Shown: positions 29,408-40,000 of the stretch, in pieces
Layout of the letters: every line of letters begins with the position of its first letter
Position numbering within the stretch: position 1 is the first letter of the stretch
Assembly: GCA_002269645.1 (NCBI GenBank)
Contig: NIVC01004512.1
Location: 1 to 43,577 of the forward strand
Source: Macrostomum lignano
Lineage: Eukaryota
Length of the DNA stretch: 43,577 nt
Reading direction: 5' to 3'
Program-made: the position numbers and the translations under genes
The notes under the pieces: model-generated
Database searches by the model: none
What the model saw: the letters and a program-made list of their open reading frames with translations, nothing else
What the model was told of the DNA's origin: nothing

Positions 29408-31073
29408 CTGATATCTGATTTATTACAGAGCAATCTTTGATATCTGGTTTATTACAGAGCAATCTTTGATATCTGGTTTATTACAGAGCAATCTTTGATA
29501 TCTGGTTTATTACAGAGAAATCTTTGATATCTGATTATCTATTACAGAGAAATCTTTGATATCAGATTATCTATTACAGAGCAATCTTTGATATCTGATT
29601 ATCTATTACAGAGCAATCTTTGATATCTGGTTTATTACAGAGCAATCTTTGATATCTGGTTTATTACAGAGCAATCTTTGATATCTGGTTTATTACAGAG
29701 CAATCTTTGATATCTGGTTTATTACAGAGCAATCTTTGATATCTGGTTTATTACAGAGCAATCTTTGATATCTGGTTTATTACAGAGCAATCTTTGATAT
29801 CTGGTTTATTACAGAGCAGTCTTTGATATCTGGTTTATTACAGAGCAATCTTTGATATCTGGTTTATTACAGAGCAATCTTTGATATCTGGTTTATTACA
29901 GAGCAATCTTTGATATCTGGTTTATTACAGAGCAATCTTTGATATCTGGTTTATTACAGAGCAATCTTTGATATCTGGTTTATTACAGAGCAATCTTTGA
30001 TATCTGGTTTATTACAGAGCAATCTTTGATATCTGGTTTATTACAGAGCAATCTTTGATATCTGGTTTATTACAGAGCAATCTTTGATATCTGGTTTATT
30101 ACAGAGCAATCTTTGATATCTGGTTTATTACAGAGCAATCTTTGATATCTGGTTTATTACAGAGCAATCTTTGATATCTGGTTTATTACAGAGCAATCTT
30201 TGATATCTGGTTTATTACAGAGCAATCTTTGATATCTGGTTTATTACAGAGCAATCTTTGATATCTGGTTTATTACAGAGCAATCTTTGATATCTGGTTT
30301 ATTACAGAGCAATCTTTGATATCTGGTTTATTACAGAGCAATCTTTGATATCTGGTTTATTACAGAGCAGTCTTTGATATCTGGTTTATTACAGAGCAAT
30401 CTTTGATATCTGGTTTATTACAGAGCAATCTTTGATATCTGGTTTATTACAGAGCAATCTTTGATATCTGGTTTATTACAGAGCAATCTTTGATATCTGG
30501 TTTATTACAGAGCAATCTTTGATATCTGGTTTATTACAGAGCAATCTTTGATATCTGGTTTATTACAGAGCAATCTTTGATATCTGGTTTATTACAGAGC
30601 AATCTTTGATATCTGGTTTATTACAGAGCAATCTTTGATATCTGGTTTATTACAGAGCAATCTTTGATATCTGGTTTATTACAGAGCAATCTTTGATATC
30701 TGGTTTATTACAGAGCAATCTTTGATATCTGGTTTATTACAGAGCAATCTTTGATATCTGGTTTATTACAGAGCAATCTTTGATATCTGGTTTATTACAG
30801 AGCAATCTTTGATATCTGGTTTATTACAGAGCAATCTTTGATATCTGGTTTATTACAGAGGAATCTTTGATATCTGGTTTATTACAGAGCAATCTTTGAT
30901 ATCTGGTTTATTACAGAGCAATCTTTGATATCTGGTTTATTACAGAGCAATCTTTGATATCTGGTTTATTACAGAGCAATCTTTGATATCTGGTTTATTA
31001 CAGAGCAATCTTTGATATCTGGTTTATTACAGAGCAATCTTTGATATCTGGTTTATTACAGAGCAATCTTTGA
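29408..31073. repeat. Highly homogeneous 29-bp satellite (CTGGTTTATTACAGAGCAATCTTTGATAT), about 57 copies, ending 7 bp before the RBM33-like ATG
   Basis: Head-to-tail identical units with no spacers. Confidence 0.97.
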
Positions 31074-31080
31074 AAATTGA

Positions 31081-34000
31081 ATGTCTCGCTATCGCTACGC
31101 CAACGATCTGGATCTTGAGCCAGACGATATTGATGATGATGACGAAGAATTCGTTCTAGAACATCGAGTTGGCCTGACAGCATCGGCTGCTACTGCCAGT
31201 GGCGGAACTAATAGCGATGTTGGTCGCTACCAGCTCACAGAAGAGGATGAAGAACAGCTGCTGGGCAGCGATGCGGAGTCTTGCGACGGAACGGCTGCTC
31301 CGGCTGCAACTGCCCAGCTGATAGGCAGTCTTAATAGCGTCGACAACGACAATAGTAATACTAATAATAATAATAGTAACCAAATTGAATGCAGCGATAA
31401 TAATAGTAATAATAATAATGATAATAATAATGCCGACGGAGTCGATCTACACGACGAAGACGATCCCGACGCTATTGTTGTCGGCGTTGATATCGACGAC
31501 GAGGATGTCGATGATCTGTTGCAACTCTCCGCTGGCGAAGACGATATTGACGATGAAGCGCCTGCCGCCCAGCCTGCCGCTGGTCGGTCGCCCATTGCCG
31601 TCAAGCGGAAAGCATCCTCGCCAATGCCGCCGCCGACTGCCCCGCCTCAGCCAGCGGCATCAGTCGCCAACGACAGCATCGGCAGCAGCTCCAAGGCTTC
31701 AATAATGAATTCACCCGAATTACTGACTAAAAACGGCATAGTAACCATCAAGCGTCCAGAATTGCCAAAGCCGCTTGCACACAGTCAGCAGTCGAGTTCG
31801 TCTGCCAGCGCTCAGCTACCAGTAGACGATGACTACGAGCGACGCTACGAAGAATTAAAAGAGAAGCAAGCTCGAATCCGGCGCATGATACAGAATAAGA
31901 AAGAGCAGAATAGACTGGCTCGGGTTGGAGCGGCTGCTCCTAAGCCTCAGCAGCCTCAGGCTCAGCCGCCGCAGGCGCCTCAGCAGCGGCAGAATCAGAT
32001 TCGACCTTCAACTGGTCCCGCTGGTCCCCGCGCTGGAATAGCGGCCCGGGCGCCAATAGCCGCTGTTCCGACAAAGCCTTTGATGCAGCAGCAGCAGCAG
32101 AGGCCTGTGCGACCTCCATTTGTACCGCCGCAGCAGCAGCGGCCGTTTGTTCAAAGAGCCGCTCCGGCCGCAACCAGTCTGCTGCAGCAGCATCGCGGCC
32201 AGCTGCCCCGACAGGCTCCAATCAACTCGCTGTTTAACAATCACCAGCTCAGGCAGCCGATGCCCAACCAGCAGCAGCAACTGTTCATGCCGGCCTTCTC
32301 AATGTCATCGATTACATCATCGGTTGTCGCCAATGTTGTCGCTTCCGCCGTGTCAGCCGGCGTTGCTCACGGTCGTCGGTCTGTTCGCATCGCCAACTGT
32401 CCGCCTGGCACCGGGCCTAACGATTTAAAAGTCTATACTGAGCTGGTGGGGCCTGTGCAGGTACGCATGGTTGAGTTCTTGTGCTGCTGTCTCTTGTTTT
32501 CTGTGCTTTAAAGTGTGCTGAGTAGTTAATGGGGTGGCTAAGAGCGTAGCTGAGTGTCTATTAATGTAGCTGAAGGGGTAGCTGAGTGTCTATAGATGTA
32601 GTTGAAGGGGTAGCTGAGTGTATAAATGGTTGCTGAGTGTTGATTAAGGGTAGCTGAAGGGTTAGCTGACTGTACGAGTATAAATGGTTGCTGAGTGTCT
32701 TTAGATGTAGCTAAGTAGGATGTGGGAGGCTGAGTGTATAAATGATTGCTGAGTGTTGATAAAGGGTAGCTGCAGGGGTAGCTGAGTGTCTATAGATGTA
32801 GCTGCAGGGGTAGCTGAGTGTCTATAGATGTAGCTTAAGGGATAGCTGAGTGTCTATAGATGTAGCTTAAGGGATAGCTGAGTGTCTATAGATGTAGCTG
32901 AAGGAGTAGCTGAGTGTCTATAGATGTAGCTTAAGGGATAGCTAAGTGTCTATAGATGTAGCTTAAGGGATAGCTGAGTGTCTATAGATGTAGCTTAAGG
33001 GATAGCTGAGTGTCTATAGATGTAGCTGAAGGGGTAGCTGAGTGTCTATAGATGTAGCTGAAGGGGTAGCTGAGTGTCTGTAGATGTAGCTGAAGGGATA
33101 GTGAGTGTCTATAGATGTAGCTTAAGGGATAGCTGAGTGTCTATAGATGTAGCTTAAGGGGTAGCTGAGTGTCTATAGATGTAGCTGAAGGGGTAGCTGA
33201 GTGTCTATAGATGTAGCTGAAGGGGTAGCTGAGTGTCTATAGATGTAGCTGAAGGGGTAGCTGAGTGTCTATAGATGTAGCTGAAGGGGTAGCTGAGTGT
33301 CTATAGATGTAGCTGAAGGGGTAGCTGAGTGTCTATAGATGTAGTTGAAGGGGTAACTACTAAGGGATTCCGTATGGCTTGATTTTGGAGGTGGGGTGGG
33401 TGTCAACCCTCCTCGCCTCTCATTGGCTGGCGCCCCGATCACTAGGTGATCGATACCCGTATCGATATCGGCGACTCGAACCCGCGACCCTCCCCAGCCG
33501 CAGGCGCACCTACCGATATTAGATCCCAATAAATCAATCAGATCCCAAATCAATCAGATCCCAAATCAATCAGATCCCAAGCGCACCCTCCCGAGCCGCA
33601 GGCGCCCATGCAGCAGGCGCCCATGCCGCAGGCACCCCGAGTGTACACTCTCCCGATATGTGTGTACACCGATATGTAGTCATCGATACGGGCCTCTTCC
33701 CCTCTCTCACCTACATCTCAACTAGCGAAATCGAACCCAGGTCGCGCCCATACTAGGACACTACACGGTTGTGGGGTATAGGGAGCGAGAAGTTTCAACC
33801 CTAACGCTGACGCAGCCCTGTACAGTGAGAGTGTACGGGCAGAGAGGGGTGGGGCGGACAGAGAACCAGCCACTAGGTTGTTATACTGTTGAAGCATAGG
33901 GAGCGAGAAGTTTTAACCCCGATGCTGACGCAGCCCTGTACACTGAGCGTGTACGGGCAGAGGGTGGGTGGAAAGAGATGTGAATAACACAGCCTGCTGC

Positions 34001-37000
34001 AGGAGCCGGATAGAGAGGCGCATGCTAGGACAGAGAGGTAGTGTGAGTCACACACACCCCACAGAGAAAGCCATACAGAGGATAGAGAGCTCCCTCCCCA
34101 GTTGCAGGGGACAGAGAGGCAGGCAGGGTATGCAGGGGCATGCGAACCGTCAAGGGGCCACGCGAGGATAGAGTGGAGGAGCAGAGATGTGTTTGGACAG
34201 AGAGCCAGCCACGTGTGCGTAGTGTGAGGGAACAGAAACATATGGAGCAGGAGGGAGATAGGAAGCAAACGCGCAGGGTAAGGGAGCCATGCAGCAGGGA
34301 GCAGTGTACAGTGAGACACGGGCAGGGGTGGAGCCGTGCGTGGACAGAGCTGAACGGCACGGTCAGCTGCAGGAATAGGATGATAGAGAGGCGCGGAGGG
34401 GGACAGAGAGCAGTGTGCAGGGTAGGCAGCCACGCAGGCTGGGGAACAGAGAGGCGCGTGTCAGCCAGTTACAGCCCGGGACAGAGAAGTATGAAGGGGG
34501 GCCTGGGACAGAGAAGTATGAAGGGGGGCCTGGGACAGAGTTGCGAGCAAGGCACAGAGAGAGGTAGGGTCCGGTAGCTATGTATAGGCAGGGACCCACG
34601 CGAGGGCAGGACAGGGCATGCAAGGCATGCAAATTACATGCAAGGGCAGTGAGGTGTGCGCGGAGGGAGACAGAGAGCAGTGTGTAGGGGTAGGTAACAG
34701 CAAACTTTAGTAGAGGCGCGTGCGGGGACGGAGAAACCAGTCTGAACGTACAGAGACGTTACAGAGAGGTACACAAACAGAGACCAAAGCGGGCAGAGCA
34801 CGTGTAGGGACAGAGACGTGAGGGAGAATAGACCAAAACACGCTATGTATTTTCAAAAGTTGGTTTTAGTGCAGCATATTTAATAGCGGGTAGTATAATA
34901 GTATGTACATAGTAGGTATAATGGTAGTAATAATAGTAAGTATATTAGCCCAAAAGGTAGGCTAAAACAGGCTAAACTGTGTGTACGCATCCTCATCACC
35001 CCACAAGCCCCCTCTCCCGCCAGACTCACTCTTCCATACCCTCCTGTATTGCTGTATGAAGGAAAATATAGTGTAAAAATACAGATCTTAACCGTCAGAC
35101 CGCTGAAATCAGGGCACACTAGAGGGGTTTCGGGGTCTGCATGCTCTATGTAAGCTGTTTCAATTATGTTTTGAAAAAACTAGGGGCTTAAATACAACGT
35201 TTTATTCAAAAAGTAGGTTATTTTAATGAAATAGCTGACACAATCATTGTCGAGAGTAGAAATTTTTATAAGAAACCAGGCATTTTAGCAAAAATAAACC
35301 TTCAAACCACATAAAATTGAATAAAAAGCAGACATTTTCAATTATAAACCGCAAGTATTTTAATAGAAAAGTAAGCAAACAAGGCACAAAACCAGCAAAT
35401 TTTACCTTTTTATTTTAATGTTACTGATAAGGTAGAGAGTAGAAACTTGTGAGCTGTACGGAGTTAGAAAGTATTAACCATTATGTATCGTATGAATTAT
35501 TAGTTCAGTACCAGCCATTGGTCAAGCGAGCATTTATGAAGTTATTACGAGTGATGAAGGGATAGAGAGCTATATACAGGAAGACAGTATCCTTCTAAAC
35601 CACCACGAACAGATTGCTAATAGAGATAAGCTTTGTCTGTGTGCAGTATGAGTAAGCGAAGGCGGGGCAAATACTTTTCCACATGCCGGACAGAACAGTA
35701 TTGTGCTAGGATTTCTCTCGAAATCACGGTACGTTACTAGTTTTTATCACACCATCCAGATGCGTCAACTAGTCAGCAGTAGTCATTTATATGTTATTAG
35801 AACTTACAAACCCAGGTCAAGTAAATATTACAAAGAGTATATTACGTACACACGCCAACTCCGAATACCAAGCCATACTAGTCTACTTGCAGTGCTCCTG
35901 GAGGGAAGGGACGGCGGGGTGTACACCCGGCAGGGTGGGCGTCCAGCGAGTGTACATCTGACAGGATGGGTGTTCAGCAAGTGTACATCTGACAGGGTGG
36001 GCGTTCAGCAAGTGTACCTTCAGCGTCGAGTAGGTGTACACCCGTCAGTGGGGAACTCCACCCCTCCCACCAATGTCGTGTGCATGCGGTTAGTCAGTAT
36101 AGTGGTGGGGTAGACGGTGCAGGAAGGAAACCCAGATGCTGACGCTGCCCTGTACAGCGAGCAACCAGCCCCCTGTAGCAGGGGGGGACAGAGAGTGCGT
36201 GGAGGCAGTAGGAGATAGAGGACGCTACCCGGCATGTCGCAGCACGCGGCGCGGGACAGAGGCAGTGTGTAAGTCACCCCCGCGGAGAGAGCTCCCCTGG
36301 CAGGAGGCGCGGGACAGAGAGGCGGTGAATCACACCCCACGGAGAGAGCCGTACAACGAGCTTCCCCACCCGAGTCCGGTAAATATTACAGAGTATTACG
36401 TGCACACACCAGCCCTGAATACCAAGCCATACTAGTCTATCTGCAGTGCTCCCAGAGGGAAGGGATGGTCAGGAGTTACACACCAAGAATGCATTCATAC
36501 AAAGAGTACACAACTCGAGCCCAGACACCAAGTCACAGTCTACTTACAGTAGAGATGGTAGATTAATAGCAAGATTATATTACAATTAGACCTCTCTAGC
36601 ACATGAGGAGTGAAATTCAATAATAATTGAATTCAATAATAATACAACATTTAGACGTAGTAATTTAATTACAAAATACCACTAACACTGAGCCAACGAA
36701 TTGTAGGTTACAAAGGAGTTGCCACTCATATGGAAAGCCAGTATAATGCAGGTGTGTATTATTAAAACATAGACAAAAACGATGCAGACGTATATACACA
36801 CTATTGATTTTGTACATGTACATTTCGGCATATTACCACACATCGCGGGCACATATTATATATCGGGGGATAGGTTAAAATACACACATCGTAGATGTAG
36901 AAGCAGACACAATGCAGGAAAATTATGATACGAGTGTACATATTAGTGCGTAAAAGTATCATATTATGACACCCTGTAGCACATATTGACATAATGCAGG

Positions 37001-40000
37001 GGAAAATATTGACAGAAATAGTACACAATTGTAGAGGTAACAACCAGCCAACTAGTAAGGGCATCCAGCACTTGTTCAGGTTTTTTTTATTTCGAGACGA
37101 GTGTCATGCCCCCGCAAGAGATCTTATCAGAAATTTGTTGAACTCCACTGCAACTCTCCCCAGAGCCTCCAAATGGGAGTTTTAACACTTGAGGGGATCC
37201 CGCTCAATGTACAGTGCGGACGGAGAGGGGTAACAGAAAGCGCTGCATCAGACCGCGGAGCTGCATTCCTCCCCGAGGTAGGCGCGTCAGCTCCCACTCC
37301 TCATTTAACCATCAAGTAAACTAAAGAAGTCAAGCAGAAAGCCTTACAATCACCCGCAACCAGCACAAGTAAGAGTACTTTCCACTAGAGAGCCATAGTG
37401 CAAGATTCGCGAGCCAAGTTGAAGAAGCACACCAAATTACACTAAAGACATATGTATTAAAAAGCATACCGGCACCTCTACAAAAACACAGTATGTACCG
37501 ATTAAAGTTGCTTTTGGTGCAGTGTATTTAATAAAAAGCAGGTACCTAACACAAAAGTAGGCATCAATGCAGTGCACGGGCTAAACTGTATTTACAAACG
37601 CAGGGCAACGAACTACACACAATGTAGCGCATAGACATAATTGTACACATAAATGTACGCAATTTCCGGTATATAGGACCAAATGTACGCAAATGTACAC
37701 AATGTACACAAACACACACACACTCAGGCGTATTCACAGCAAGAGCTTCCTGCCGATGGCGCCATCGCCTGCGGCGATCGGTGCTGCAGGATGCGCTGCA
37801 GGATGCGCCTGAGTGTGTGTGTGTTTGTGTGCATTGTGTACATTTGCGTACATTTGGTCCTATATACCGGAGATTGCGTACATTTATGTGTACAATTATG
37901 TCTATGCGCTACATTGTGTGTAGTTCGTTGCCCTGCGTTTGTAAATACAGTTTAGCCCGTGCACTGCATTGATGCCTACTTTTGTGTTAGGTACCTGCTT
38001 TTTATTAAATACACTGCACCAAAAGCAACTTTAATCGGTACATACTGTGTTTTTGTAGAGGTGCCGGTATGCTTTTTAATACATATGTCTTTAGTGTAAT
38101 TTGGTGTGCTTCTTCAACTTGGCTCGCGAATCTTGCACTATGGCTCTCTAGTGGAAAGTACTCTTACTTGTGCTGGTTGCGGGTGATTGTAAGGCTTTCT
38201 GCTTGACTTCTTTAGTTTACTTGATGGTTAAATGAGGAGTGGGAGCTGACGCGCCTACCTCGGGGGAGGAATGCAGCTCCGCGGTCTGATGCAGCGCTTT
38301 CTGTTACCCCTCTCCGTCCGCACTGTACATTGAGCGGGATCCCCTCAAGTGTTAAAACTCCATTTGGAGGCTCTGGGAGAGTTGCAGTGGAGTTCAACAA
38401 ATTTCTGATAAGATCTCTTGCGGGGCATGACACTCGTCTCGAAATAAAAAAAACCTGAACAAGTGCTGGATGCCCTTACTAGTTGGCTGGTTGTTACCTC
38501 TACAATTGTGTACTATTTCTGTCAATATTTTCCCCTGCATTATGTCAATATGTGCTACAGGGTGTCATAATATGATACTTTTACGCACTAATATGTACAC
38601 TCGTATCATAATTTTCCTGCATTGTGTCTGCTTCTACATCTACGATGTGTGTATTTTAACCTATCCCCCGATATATAATATGTGCCCGCGATGTGTGGTA
38701 ATATGCCGAAATGTACATGTACAAAATCAATAGTGTGTATATACGTCTGCATCGTTTTTGTCTATGTTTTAATAATACACACCTGCATTATACTGGCTTT
38801 CCATATGAGTGGCAACTCCTTTGTAACCTACAATTCGTTGGCTCAGTGTTAGTGGTATTTTGTAATTAAATTACTACGTCTAAATGTTGTATTATTATTG
38901 AATTCAATTATTATTGAATTTCACTCCTCATGTGCTAGAGAGGTCTAATTGTAATATAATCTTGCTATTAATCTACCATCTCTACTGTAAGTAGACTGTG
39001 ACTTGGTGTCTGGGCTCGAGTTGTGTACTCTTTGTATGAATGCATTCTTGGTGTGTAACTCCTGACCATCCCTTCCCTCTGGGAGCACTGCAGATAGACT
39101 AGTATGGCTTGGTATTCAGGGCTGGTGTGTGCACGTAATACTCTGTAATATTTACCGGACTCGGGTGGGGAAGCTCGTTGTACGGCTCTCTCCGTGGGGT
39201 GTGATTCACCGCCTCTCTGTCCCGCGCCTCCTGCCAGGGGAGCTCTCTCCGCGGGGGTGACTTACACACTGCCTCTGTCCCGCGCCGCGTGCTGCGACAT
39301 GCCGGGTAGCGTCCTCTATCTCCTACTGCCTCCACGCACTCTCTGTCCCCCTCCTGCTACAGGGGGCTGGTTGCTCGCTGTACAGGGCAGCGTCAGCATC
39401 TGGGTTTCCTTCCTGCACCGTCTACCCCACCACTATACTGACTAACCGCATGCACACGACATTGGTGGGAGGGGTGGAGTTCCCCACTGACGGGTGTACA
39501 CCTACTCGACGCTGAAGGTACACTTGCTGAACGCCCACCCTGTCAGATGTACACTTGCTGAACACCCATCCTGTCAGATGTACACTCGCTGGACGCCCAC
39601 CCTGCCGGTGTACACCCCGCCGTCCCTTCCCTCCAGGAGCACTGCAAGTAGACTAGTATGGCTTGGTATTCGGAGTTGGCGTGTGTACGTAATATACTCT
39701 TTGTAATATTTACTTGACCTGGGTTTGTAAGTTCTAATAACATATAAATGACTACTGCTGACTAGTTGACGCATCTGGATGGTGTGATAAAAACTAGTAA
39801 CGTACCGTGATTTCGAGAGAAATCCTAGCACAATACTGTTCTGTCCGGCATGTGGAAAAGTATTTGCCCCGCCTTCGCTTACTCATACTGCACACAGACA
39901 AAGCTTATCTCTATTAGCAATCTGTTCGTGGTGGTTTAGAAGGATACTGTCTTCCTGTATATAGCTCTCTATCCCTTCATCACTCGTAATAACTTCATAA

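Noticed and set aside
29408-31073. CRISPR array (29-bp repeats; also the 37-bp array at 22240-23051)
   Set aside because: Units are head-to-tail with no unique spacers, there are no cas genes, and the context is spliced eukaryotic genes.
37731-37805. Palindrome as a missed-adapter or fold-back read artefact
   Set aside because: The spacer is not SMRTbell adapter sequence. Symmetry stops exactly at matching termini with a TSD, and the flanks and downstream exons continue colinearly. Not fully excluded without raw reads.
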